Counted from the stretch's first letter, positions 12,567-24,682 are shown. The stretch: 64,000 nucleotides of DNA from Calcarisporiella thermophila CBS 279.70 (GCF_041956535.1 NW_027192204.1:561140-625139), one strand, 5' to 3'. A program made the numbers and translations. Notes: generated by a model not told the origin, from the sequence alone.

Positions 12567-15093
12567 TCATATATCGTCCTGTGATTGACTTGAGAATTTG
12601 AATTTTTTTAACAAACTTTCTGGTATATCTGTTTTCGCCATTGCATCAGCCAAATCTTTGAATGGTCGCTTCCCAATGATACGCTCAGCATAGGATTGAC
12701 CAATCCCGCCAACTCGCAGTATGTCTCCTCGTTTAGCACTGTTAATATCCAAGGGGCCAACAACAGCAAATCGATACGCTCTGCCCGCAAATGGTCCAAA
12801 ATAATCGAGCCAATTTGTTTTGTCAACAATTCCAGATCGCTCTGGAAGTTCAAAGTTCCCAGCATCATTAGTCGTATAAAGGATGAAAAAATCGCTATAC
12901 GATACAGCTTTATCTCGCTCCCTTTGATATAGCTCTTTACTGAGTCGTGATACACTAAAATGCTTGTACTGATGAACCTCACTCAGAAATTCATCCTTAG
13001 ATCCGAGGTCTAATCCCAAGAAAGAGTCACCGTATGGTGCGGAGGTTCCGTTAAGTATACAATGTCTGCCTTCCCTGACATTAACAGTATTAAATTCGCA
13101 TTTAACGTTCCATTTTCCAGGAAGGCGATCGCAAGCTTTCGTATCTTCCCATTGAGTAGCGCATTCTAAACTCAAATGGTGATTTATAATTTTTATATCG
13201 CCATTTAAACGTGCCCCCTTATGAATTTCTGAAATATCTCTTAGCTCTCCTTCATCAAATGCACGCGATTTCAAACAGCGAAATGATGCGACAAAGTACT
13301 CAAAATGTTGCCAAAATTGAGCTCCTGGAGGTGACCTTGGGTCTATTTTTGATCTTAGCTCACCGTAATCGCAAAATTTCCAATCCCGAAGAATTAAATC
13401 ATCCTCTGGTGGGATTATTCGTGCCAAAACCCAGATCCATATATATGGCGCATTGAGGTATCCTTTAGAGGAATCATCGTATAATTCGAACCGAATCAGC
13501 CCGGGCTGTGCCAATTGATCTGGGGTTTTATTAGTGCCTGGGACAATCTCATCTACTTTTAAGCGACGATGCGAGAGTATTGCTCGTACGACAGCATTGG
13601 CATCTCTAGCAGAAATTTTAATTGCCTGACTATATCGTGACTTGATAATATAAAAGAGCTCATGCATTAAATCTTCAATATTGTCTTCCTCTAGGTTGAC
13701 ATTATTTAATGCTTCGTAAAGTGCCTCAAGTGCCCTCCCATGCCCTGCACAATCGCTTACAAGAATGCTCAAGACATAATCATCTTCTCGGAAAGCATTT
13801 ATTCGGGTATTTCCACGTCGGATGATTGGAGGAGACAGAGATGCAACTGGAAGATATACACGATGCCGTTGTGAATACCTAATATATTTATCGACCGGAC
13901 CAAAGATGGTTGAAGTGCAGCATGGTATTAGAAACATACCGATATGCGCAAGATCCCCAATATTTGCCAATACAGTGGAAAAAGTGGAATTTTCGTCTAA
14001 ACTATCTCCGTCCTTTACTAGGAGTGTTTGTAAACCATCGACGACCAAGATAACTGTAGCATTTTTCCAATCTATCCCCTCATATTTGGCAACCAACTGA
14101 ATAACGCTTAGCGGATCTGGTGGCTCATATGTACGAATAACCTCAAGTAAAGCTTGCTCAGGCAAAAGCTGCCAAAGCATCCGAGTACCAATAGCCAGAA
14201 AAGCATTTGACTCAAGTCCATCAATTATAGTGCTGCCATTTTCCAAACTAACATGAAAAACCCACGCATTTCGAATTATGCTCCGTAGTTCCGATTGCCC
14301 CTCTGGTAAGCATTCTAATAACGACGTGTGAAACTCTGTTGCATTTCGTGATTTTCCTGTACCCGCGCCCGAGAGAAAAAGATAAAGTGGCATTGTAGAT
14401 TTATCAATGAATCCGCTACGATAATGTTGAAAATGAGCTAGAAGTTCTTTTCGTAATATCGAGTATAAATCCGGTGCTGGTTGATATTCCCAAGTCGAAC
14501 CGATAGTTCTGAGTAAAGGTTTTGGTCTCTCGTAGGGTAAACCTATAAGTTAATCAAAAGAAAATATTAATATATTAAAATTTCAAGGCAATATCAAATA
14601 TAAATACCATTGGGAAACGCTTCGATTATTCCCAATTTTCTCGAACCCATAGATCTAACTAGTATAGATTAAAAAAGGTTTAGTCCTAAAAATATGATTA
14701 AGGGCGCAAATAATCATTGTCAAAAGATAAACGCAGGAGAAAAAACGATGAATATAAACAGTAAACCACTTAAGTACCTGATGGCATTTCAATTATAATG
14801 TGAATGTTCTTTTTTCTTGGCGGCTCTGGAAAGACTTCACTAATATCATCTGTAGCAAATAATTCACATTTCTCAATCTTACGGAAATCGCCAATAATTT
14901 GCTTCAGCTCTCTTTGAGAATAATCGACCTTCCAAAGTTGGATCGACAAGGAATCGAGATTTTTAAATCTCTCCTTCGCTTTCGCCATTATCTTTTCTTT
15001 GAGATCTTCGACAGTATTGGATCCATTGACTTCGACACTGAACGAATCAGAAAGTTTGTCTCCTTGTTCATATAATACACAATTAAGCTTCAT
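12567..15093 (-). CDS. Crinkler (CRN)-family protein, 780 aa: ubiquitin-like header, P-loop NTPase, restriction-endonuclease-like domain, C-terminal helix-hairpin-helix (exons 15093-14778, 14658-14608, 14542-12567)
   Basis: Header motifs FSVEV..TVEDLKEKI, LWKV and IHIII. Walker A GAGTGKS and Walker B VILVVDG. REase-like N..SAPYGDSF...EVHQYK. ComEA-like LDINSAKRGDILRVGGIGQSYAERII.KRPF. The three exons splice in frame (316+51+1976 nt). Confidence 0.88.
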
Positions 15094-15649
15094 AATTAAT
15101 GATCATTTCAATATTCAGTGTGTGATCAAAATTATTTTACTCTAAGTATCCCTTAAATTTTTGAATGTCAAACGCTGGCCAATTGTATGCCAAAGGAAGA
15201 TTCCTAGTCTGGTCATATATACTGTATATAGAATTTCAAGATCAAGATTTTAGTACTATCTAGGAACTGTTGCAAATGGATCAAACTATCCGCTCGTGAT
15301 AGCAGGGTCCCTTTGTATTGACGGAATTCATCATTAAGAAAGGTTTGTCGCCAGAGAAGTACTTGGGGCTCAGGTTCCTTATCTTGTACAAGCCATTCCA
15401 TCTAGGTCCGCCAATTGAGGATCGTTTATCATTTGGTTAAAATTCAAGTACGAACATAATTTCTGCAAGCTCATCGTGTCTAAATAGGTGGGTTCATAGG
15501 CGAACTTAATATTAATATCCACGCTTTATCTCTTACAGTACCTCCAATCTATCAACTGATATAAATCGCAACGACAACTTCCTTATCCATCTATTCGTTC
15601 ATATCCGACTCTCGTGCAGGCGACACTGCCCAAGACATATCTTGGGCAG

Positions 15650-15800
15650 TGTCGCCTGCAACAATGCATTACCTCCCACCAGCGCTCTGTGGAAGAGAGG
15701 AGGTCGATGTTTAAAAAGAACTGCAAAGGGATGAAAGGGAACGAAAGAGTGCTTATAATTGACTTCAAGGAAAATTTCCGCCTAGGACTGGCTGGCCGTG
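15650..15800 (+). mobile_element. Second copy of the transposase relic (duplicated with the Crinkler unit)
   Basis: SHQRSVEERRSMFKKNCKGMKGNERVLIIDFKENFRLG. Nucleotide similarity to 12020-12140 continues through about 15980 versus 12310. Confidence 0.5.
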
Positions 15801-16090
15801 GCTTTCTCTTGGGTTGAGAGTTTAGAAGCGTCTCTAGACGCAATATCACTGCCGAAAAGACTCCCAATCGACCACCAGAGCTTGAAGGCCAATTCCAAAG
15901 AGGTGAGAGCGCTATGGGTTGGGATTAGGCAAAAATTAGGATAGCTTGCCAACAGAGTTTAAAGTTAGTTTATTCGCCTGAAAAATTTTAATAAATATCT
16001 TCTATAAACGCATTTAAACTAGCAGGGGATAAGAACCATTGTATTAAAATGAAGGGTAACACGAAAATACTAAGAGATAATAAAGCATCA

Positions 16091-17423
16091 TCATATATCG
16101 TCCTGTGATTGACTTGAGAATTTGAATTTTTTTAACAAACTTTCTGGTATATCTGTTTGCACCTTTGCTTCGGCCAAATCTTTGAATGGTCGTTTCATGA
16201 TGATACGCTCAGTATAGGAGTGACCAATTCCATCAAGCTTGCTCAGCCAAAAGCTGCCAAAACTTCCGAATATCAATAGCCAGAAAAGCATTTGGTTCAA
16301 ACCCATCAATTATAGTGCTGCCGTTTTCTAAGCTGACATGAAAACCCACGCACTCCGAATTTTACACCATAGCTCGATAGTACCTCTGGTAAGCACTTTA
16401 ATAACAATGTGTGAAACTCTGTTGCATTTCATGATTTTCCTGTACCCGCGCCCGAGAGAAAAAAAAATAGTGACATTGTAGTTTTATCAAAGAATCCGCT
16501 ACGATAGTGTTGAATATGAGCTAGAAGCTCCTTTTGCAATATCAAGTATAAATCCGGTGCTGGCTGAGATTCCCAAGTCGAGCTGATAGTTCTGAACAAA
16601 GGTTTTGGTCTCTCGTAGGGTAAGCCTATTATTAGTTAGTCAAGAGAAAATGGTATAAAACATATTAAAAGTTCAAGGCAATATCATATAAAATCAACAT
16701 TTGGAAACGCTTTGGTTATTTCCAATTTTCTCGAACTCACAGATCTAACTAGTATAGATTAAAAAAGTATTAGTCCTAAAAGTATGATTAAGGGCGCAAA
16801 TAATCATTATCACAAAGATAAACGCAGAAGAAAATACGATTAACAATATCAATAAACTACTTAAGTACCAGTTGGCATTTCAACTATAATGTGAATATTC
16901 TTTTTTCTTGGCGGCTCTGGCCCTACAAAAAACTCGCCTGATGAAAACTGCTAGAAAACGTATAGGAGCATGTAGAAAAGATGGAGGAGGTTCGCGATTC
17001 CCTAAATTTTTACAAACTTTTCACGATATTAAAAATGGGAGAGGAGTCTACAAATTATAGAGAAATCGTTGAAAAATTATAGGGAATCGCGAACCTCCTC
17101 CATCTTTTCTACATGCTCCTATACGTTTTCTAGCAGTTTTCACCAGGCGAGCTTTTTGTAGGGTGGAAAGACTTCACTAACCTCCTCTGTAGCAAATAAT
17201 TACATTTCCCGATCTTATGGAAATTGCCAATAATTTACTTCTGCTCTCTTTGAGAATAATCGATCCTCCAAAGTTGAATCGACGGGGGAGAGAGATTTTC
17301 AAATCTCTCCTTTGCTTTCTCTAATTTTTCTTTAAGATCTTCGACAGTATTGGATTCGCTGACTTCAACACAGAATTAGACAACTTGTCTCCTTGTGCAT
17401 ATAACACATTATTTAAGCTTCAT
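16091..17423 (-). pseudogene. Crinkler pseudogene (tandem paralogue of 12567-15093)
   Basis: Same 3' end (…KFSSQSQDDI), same intron positions and same header start. It has lost the sequence equivalent to 12713-14151 (junction at 16235-16236), carries frameshifts, and has a MITE inserted in exon 1. Confidence 0.88.
16921..17163. mobile_element. 243-bp non-autonomous TIR element (MITE), CACTA/CMC-like
   Basis: 84-bp terminal inverted repeats (16921-17004 and 17080-17163, 2 mismatches) starting CCCTACAAAAA. TGG target-site duplication at 16918-16920 and 17164-17166. The intact paralogue shows the empty site (ctcTGGaaagac, ~14825-14836). Confidence 0.92.
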
Positions 17424-17660
17424 AACCAATGATCACTTTAATATTCAAAGAGAGTGATCAAAGTGATTTTACTAAATATTCCTTTATTCCTCTACTAAAT
17501 ATAATTCATAGCAAGGAGAAATTTGCACTTTAAAACTTTGGTTAACTTTCTGCACCACATATTATATTACAATAATTATGTGGCACAGTATGTGTTGACA
17601 TTTTTTTTTGGGTAGTCTCTGAACTTTCCTTAAATATTTGCCACCCTCAAGATAAACGAA

Positions 17661-18735
17661 ATGATACCCCCTCCTCACCGCGAGAAAGTTCTCTCACTCT
17701 ACCGCAGTATTCTGAAGGAAGCAACCAAGTTTTTTGACGATCGCAGTAGGTGAGTATCATTTCACCACTCCACCCATCAATGTTCCTAATCTTCCTCTGA
17801 AAGGATTTATATTGTTAAACGCGCCCGCGAGGGCTTTCGCAAATACAAGAAATGTGAGGACGGCGATCGTATTCAATACCGTATGGCAGAAACACGGCGT
17901 GTAGGTGATTACAGATTTATTTGGTTACATCTTGTTCAATTTTTTCTTTCCGTATTAGCTCCTTCACCAACTAGAGCGAGCCAACAATCCCGCCGATCCG
18001 ACAGCCGCTCTCCGCATTCTCGAGCTAGCCTACGGTCGACGCGGAAAAATTCGCCATGCGCTGCTTCGACCTTTCCTTTCCTCTCCCTCCTCTACTCGTC
18101 CTGAGCCATTGATTCCCCACTCTCCGCGTACCGCTCCCCCTGCTATTTCCCAAGAGTTAAGAGCTTTGTTGACCCCACAGGTGAAGCATGTCGACCCCGT
18201 GATGCCAGAGGCTAGGGACGGGAGGCCGCTTCATTTGCGAAGAGTCGCAAATATTTCGTGGAGAAATTGGTCAAAAAACATGAAAGTGGTGAAGGCACCA
18301 GTCCCAATTGCGGTAATGCAGGAGTTGGAAAAGAAAGCTAGTGTGGGATTAGCTGCGACACCTCGTGAGAGTGACAATACGGAAGAAGATATATTGAGAG
18401 GCATTAGAGTTAATTGGTGGGAGTGCACTCATCGTGAGAAAACATGGTTCGATCGTTGGCTACATTCATCTCATTCAGAAAGCGGTTTCACCCAGCGACA
18501 GAGGCGGCGACTCTACCAACGGCTACTGAACAGTATACCTCAAGTGAAGAATGGGAATTTATGGCGATCTGCATGGGCAGGCGGGAAGCCGATACCTCTA
18601 GTATCTGGAGTTGACAGGGCAAGCTTGAAGGAGTGCTTGGAGAAGCGATCCGGGGTACCGCAAAGAGCAGCCGCTTCCTTAAAGGGAAGTGAGCGCTCAG
18701 GTACTCTAAGAGGAGTCCCGCGAGAAATTTCATGA
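17661..18735 (+). CDS. LYR-motif (Complex1_LYR-like) protein, probably mitochondrial (introns 17750-17803, 17901-17958)
   Basis: VLSLYRSILKEATKFFDDRSR-IYIVKRAREGFRKY, then LELAYGRRGKIRH. The exons splice in frame into ORF 18109-18735. Confidence 0.75.
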
Positions 18736-18927
18736 CATTGGCCTCGCTTTAACGTTGGTTACAAGTGTTTATTTAATGTGATAAATTAAATGGAGGTTTT
18801 GAGATTAAAGTAAAATAAAAATTGTAAATAAACAGGAAAATGTAAAGATATACACGCGATAAAATAGTAGCAAAACAATCCATAAATACATTTTTTGTTT
18901 TGTCAAGTTATCCATCACCCTCTAAAT

Positions 18928-21175
18928 TCAGTGTTTCCATTTCTTTTCTTTGTCGTAGGTTTTTTGGAAAGGATTATGGGTCATCTCACCACTCAGCATC
19001 TTATCCACCATTGTTTTCCCCTTCTGCCGCACCTTCTTTTGTTTACCTCGATCATATTCTGCATCCCAATCGGACGGTCGTTTCCGTCGCTCCTTCATCT
19101 TCGCCAAAACTTTCTCTCTCTCTTGTACCACTGGTTCTCCTACGTCTCCCTCGTCCCACTGTCCTACCAACGACCCATATTGCTTATCTGCCCGAGCCGA
19201 GGTAGTCGCCTCTTCCACGGCTGCAAAGCTAGACGCCACGTTGGCCTCGCGCTCAATCACCTCATTCAGAGCTTGTTTCTTCTTGTCGAGATTGTCGTTC
19301 CAAGCCACTTCGACGCCTCCGCTCTTTACTTCATGCTTTGTCGAAGGTTGGCCGGAAGATTTGGGCTCTATAGAATGCAAAAGAGAGCGAGGTTTATTGA
19401 CATTTTCGGAAACAGGAGAGTCTGTCTGCATGCTCTTTTGCTCAGAATCGCCCTGGCCTTCTTCGCTTAATTGAGTCTCTTCCTCCTCTTTGTGCTCCTC
19501 TTCGACAACTTCAGCCACCTTATTTTTCTTTCTCTTTTCTTGGTTTTTAGTTTTAGATTTAGGTTTCTCTTCTTCGATCACGTAGAACAAGATATATGCT
19601 CCCTTGTCTTCAAGAACACTCTTCAACCCCACTTGCCGCACGTTCTCGTCATCCATGTTGTACCACACATCACCTGAACTCTTGATGTAGCAGGCATAAT
19701 GACCGAGCCGAGGCGACGCTCCTTGATGGGTAAGTACCGCGTTAAGTCGATACTGGAGCGGTGTCTATGATGAGAGAATGGTTGAGAATTAATGATGGAC
19801 AGATCACTCCTACGAAATGTGGTGAGATCATACCTTGCTTTGTGTCAAATGGTTGGTCAATTCAATAGATTCATCGAAGGTGATCTTCTTTTCAACTTTT
19901 CCCTCACCCTCTGCCGAGAATCGCTGTAAATGCACCGCTAGGACCATCGGGGCCTTGTGTAATGACAAAAGTTCCTCCCCCTGTCGCTCTTGAAGGCATT
20001 TTTCGCACTTAGGGATGCTCACTTTTTTCCCTTTAACAAAGTAGTTTCTCAATGCCTGGGCAAGTTTGCTTGCGCCAACGATTGGGAGTGAGAGTGAAAA
20101 TTGGGAACTAAATGCGGAGACGTGGGTCTTGCAATGAATGCACGTAGTACGATGAAGTGTGTGAAGACCGAAGAGCTGGTGAATGAGCGTAGTCTCTTGC
20201 AAATTTGGATCTATCACTCTAATGGCAACGAATAAAATAGAAATTTAATAACAAAGTTATAATCAAATACACATATACACACTTTCTGCTTTCTTGTAGC
20301 AAGCAACTTCGTTGTGCTGCATTAATAACACACTGAAGGAAGGTATAGGCATCTTCCTCGCGACCACGCTGAAAATCTTGTGCAAGGTCTATTCCCTCGT
20401 CAGAATAATTAGACGACTGATCAAAAATAAAAAGTAGGGAAAGTCAGGGAGGGCAAATACTTACTTTTAATCTGTGCTACTAGCTCTGTTGGTTCAAGAT
20501 AATAGCGACTCTCACCCCTCTTGAAGCAAGCGACTACGTGGGTTTGTAGAAAACAAAGAATGCAGAAATCAGGTTTTCCCGCGAGAGGACCTAGATAATA
20601 TTATATATAGATATCACAAACATCAGCACCAGGTAGGAAATGAATAATACGTACATAGCTGGCGATGTTCTCGCAGGAGCAGATAATTCGCTAATGGAGC
20701 TGTATACACTAAGCATTGTAATACCGCATTAAGATAGCTCGTTTGACCGAGATTGCGGAGCCCAGGGCCAACCGGAGAGATGTTACTCCAGTGGGGACTG
20801 AGTCTTGAGCGCGGGAAAAGCATTCTTTTTGATGTGACAAAACCATATTCATCGACATCATATTCTATATTGCGATAAAGTCGAGTTTCAGAAGGGATCA
20901 CAGCATGCAGCTTTCATATAACAATTACCTCCATTGCTGCTCTTTTGAGGGCTCTCTGAGGGCTTATTATTCTTTTCCTGTCCTCTCCTCGCCTTTTGAC
21001 CTTCATGCAGAGTGGATATTTCGTTAATGGGTTTATACTTTGCCCGCAGAGCCTCCATGGTTGTGTCAGGTCGAGTACATTCGCGAAACTCAATACGCCG
21101 CTCAAATATAGAATAAACTGTGGTGGAGTGTAGCGCTGCATCAACGCCCTCGGTTTTACTGGCTCTTTTGTTCAT
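18928..21175 (-). CDS. Ubiquitin C-terminal hydrolase, USP36/USP42-like, multi-exon
   Basis: Cys-box-like GLRNLGQTSYLNAVLQCL, His box LTHQG...GHYA..K, AYILFY, and C-terminal DWDAEYDRGKQKKV typical of USP36/42. The expected catalytic Cys position reads Ser (see findings). Confidence 0.85.
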
Positions 21176-21360
21176 TATGTGTTTGCAAAATGCTTCTCGG
21201 ATAGAGCTAGTCACGTTTGCTATTTATTTTGCACGAAAGTAAGTCACGTTTGAATTCGGTTTACTCGATAAATAAAAGAATTGTATTCAAAAAAAAAAAA
21301 ATACCAAAACACAAAGTGAAAAAAAAATAAGGGAGAAAAGCTTGGTTTTAATTTTGTTAT

Positions 21361-22980
21361 TTATTTTGCTTTCTTGACTTTCCATCCCTCTCGCCCCCAG
21401 CTCCCTAGCCAAACTGCTGAGAAGACAAGGAATCCTACACCCATGCTTGCAGCCGAGGCATAATATGGATAGGCCATACTCAAAAATCTTGGGTATTCAC
21501 TGTGTCTGAAGTGACGGATCGTCACCACATCGCGATGCTCAAGATAGGTCAGTGCGGGACGCTTGTAGTTGACAAGGAAAGTAAATACTCCATAAACGTC
21601 GGGAAGCTGAAGCTGCATCGAATAACGCAATGCTTTATCGCCCTTTTCATTTGTGACTGGAGAGAGAGGACGAAGAGTAGTACGGATATATGGGTCGAGC
21701 ATTCGAACCTCCAATTGTACATCAGTTACATTGAAAGGCACCCACGCATCGTTTACATACTCGGAGATATCAATGGTATAAGTCTATATTAATGGGAAAA
21801 GCGATTATTTCAAATGCCGATGAAAGTAAATGGAATGAGCACATACTATATTATCCTTCATCCGATACATGCTTAGTTGCTCAGTTTCTTCAGTTTTATG
21901 GTGATGAACCTGCGAAATTTTCAAGACTCCCTTCTCTTGGAACGTCCACCTCGTCAGCTCCTTCACGAACTCTGCATTCCCAGACTGCTCATGCTCGACG
22001 ACAGACTCGCTAATATTCATATTGTATTGTTTATCGAATAAAGCAGAATCGGCGGCATAATGGCTCGCTTTGGATTTCCAGAAGCGATCCGAGAAGAGAT
22101 CGAGAGAGCCTGCAAATGTAATTCGTGCGGAATTCCTAGCCTGCATTGCGCTCACGAGCTTCACCCCATTGCCGGTCAACCAAACATCATCTTCCACCGG
22201 CTCATCTTTAACCTCAGCCGAATATGCAGTTCTTCCAGCGACCAAGATAGGGCTCAATAGTGTTCCCTGCCCAAGACCATGGGCTATCCCTTTGTATAGC
22301 ACAGGCGGCCCCGAAATGACATCCGCTCCAAGGATCGTATGTGCATTAGGACCGAAATGGTTAGAAACTAAGGTTTGATGCTTTCCTTCATCCAAACGGG
22401 GATCATATCCTGCGTGATCGATAGCCCATGTGTCCCGCTCATCAAATTCGATTTCAAATTCGCGTGCAAAGTCACGTAGTTGTTCTGTTAAGCTTGGGTC
22501 AGCGCCTATCAAAAGATTACCACCTAATTTAACAAAGTCAACTAATTTTACGGCCCCGGCCTTATTCCAAAGAGCTAAATAAAACAGTCGACCATTAATA
22601 TTAGAAATTCTAAAAAAAGGACCCTTCAGGTGGAGAAGAAGCCTACTCTTAGATTTAGGCGCGAAAATGATGGCATGATCGAATATACGCTCCTGAGGCA
22701 CCGTAACCTCTAACGAAGCGTCATCAGCTGCCTTGAACTGTAGCTTAAAGCTCCTTTCTATAGCATAGACCCAAGATTTTAACCGCTATATCCTCAAGCT
22801 TCGATAGTCAAAAATTCAGATTTTACCTTGTAGCGATCTCCATAAATTAGAGTAATTATTTCTCGACTCTAAATCATCAAGCACGATTAAAACTCGGTCA
22901 CCTGTCGTTGACTTGCCAAGCACAAAGACATTGAGACAGTAGGCCACCAAATACAGTAGCCCAAACAGTGATGACCGCAT
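21361..22980 (-). CDS. WBP1: Oligosaccharyltransferase beta subunit (OST48/DDOST)
   Basis: Signal peptide, LVSAMQARNSARITFAGSLDLFSD, DVQLEVRMLDPYIR, LPDVYGVFTFLVNYKRP, a C-terminal TM and the KKxx ER-retrieval tail KVKKAK. Confidence 0.93.
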
Positions 22981-23300
22981 CTTTTTCTTTTGTGATTCTC
23001 GCTATTAAAACGAGATGCATTCGCGTTTTTTTCCTTCTGGACAGAAATTCGACACGTCACGAGCATCTTTTGTCGAGGGCAGGATTTTATATATTGTGAA
23101 ATGCACCAACTTGTAGTAAGAAAAGAAAAGCCATTGATAGCAATGAAGAATTGCATAAAACACAAAAGAGAATGAAAATTGAGAAGTAAAATGAGCGCTT
23201 TTACACATATGGTACTAATATAAATAGGCGACAATAAACTCGAAAGAGAAAAGGAATGTTCAACAATGTAAGTAATTTTTAGAGGGGGGAAAAATTATCA

Positions 23301-24234
23301 TTAGTAAAGCTCCATTTCGATCTAAGATAACGCAAACAGATATACAATGATTAGCCATTTTTTGATAAAGAAACCGCAATGGTAGGAGCAAAAGCGAAAT
23401 GAAAGCTTACGAATAAAAAGGCGCAAAGAGTTGGATCTTTTAGATTTATCCCTATCGGATTATAAACGTTCTTGTTCTCCTCTTCGATAAACTTGCTCAA
23501 CTGTCGCATACACTAGTGGATTATTTGAGATCAGCAAAAATTCTACTGAACGTTGGTGAACAAATTATTCACTCACTCTTTGAAAATGAGAAGGAAGAAA
23601 TAATGACGAAATGTAAATAGTTAAACAGGCCAAAAGATTATCACAACAATTTGGTGCCAATCCTTCAGCACTCTCTAAAATGCTATTGATGGTTGTCATG
23701 GTGCGCTCGAACTGCTCGCCTGATACCTGTGAAGCACATAAACATGCCGGATAAGCATATATGTTTGGATCAGAATGGTCAGGAAACTAGTATTACCCGT
23801 CCTTCAAGCTCTGAAGGAAAGAACTGCTTGAATCGGGTATAATCGCCCCTTGAATAGTCTCGTTCAATTCTTAAAATGGCATATGGTCCTTTACTCCTTA
23901 ATCTATTACTTGATTTCCCCCGTGCGATCCTAGGTTTCTCGACTTCGTTTTCTTCCTCAGCGACTCCTCCAACCAAGGATGGATTCAGTTCTTTGATCCT
24001 CACATCATCGAATTGTTCCTTTTCCTTCTCATCATCTATTGTTGGCAGTGTCCCACTATCCTTTATAAATTCAGATAGTGTCAACATGCCATCGCCTTGC
24101 TTTTCCTCCGCCTGGTCAAGAGTAGGTTGTAATGAAGGCGATGGTGGAGGTGGCAGTTGATCATCAGCAGGCGAGGGATCACGTGCTACAAGAGGAGAAG
24201 ACTCCTGGCTCTGCGAATTTATGGCAGCAGCCAT
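23301..24234 (-). CDS. ERF4: Golgin A7/ERF4-family Ras palmitoyltransferase accessory subunit, multi-exon
   Basis: LRIERDYSRGDYTRF..FPSELEGR / FERTMTTINSIL..AE...DNLLACLTIY / FIEEEN..VYNP.GI...P...AFLF / IEMELY*. Confidence 0.8.
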
Positions 24235-24682
24235 GGATACTAGTTATGGAATAGATTTAGATAATAACAATAATTACAAGTTTAGACACGCTGAAAGAAA
24301 AGTATTGAAGAAGGAAGGAATAAAACACCCATATAAAAGATTGAAATCGCCAGAATAGTTTGAAAGAGAGTAGATAGATGTTTCGGACGAGAGTAGAGCT
24401 AACGTTATGTCCCCTTTTTACTCTACCTCCCGTCTCTTATGAAACCACCATTCGTGAGCTTCACTGTTCCAAGCCACCCTAGCACAAAATTTTCCCTTTG
24501 TAACAGAGTGAAAATATCGACACCTTTCTCGCATTTGTGTGACAAGTAATTCACGAGGGCGAGCTGAGAAGAAAATATCAACTCCTCTCGAAACCTATTT
24601 GCCTCCAAAAATGAAATAGCGAATCGCTGTTCTATTAAAGGATATCTTCAGGACTATCATTCAAAATAAATAGTACAAAACT

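Noticed and set aside
22010-22068. Possible GC-AG intron in WBP1
   Set aside because: The obvious donor/acceptor pair (59 nt) would shift the frame, and the ORF is open without splicing. Unresolved without RNA data.
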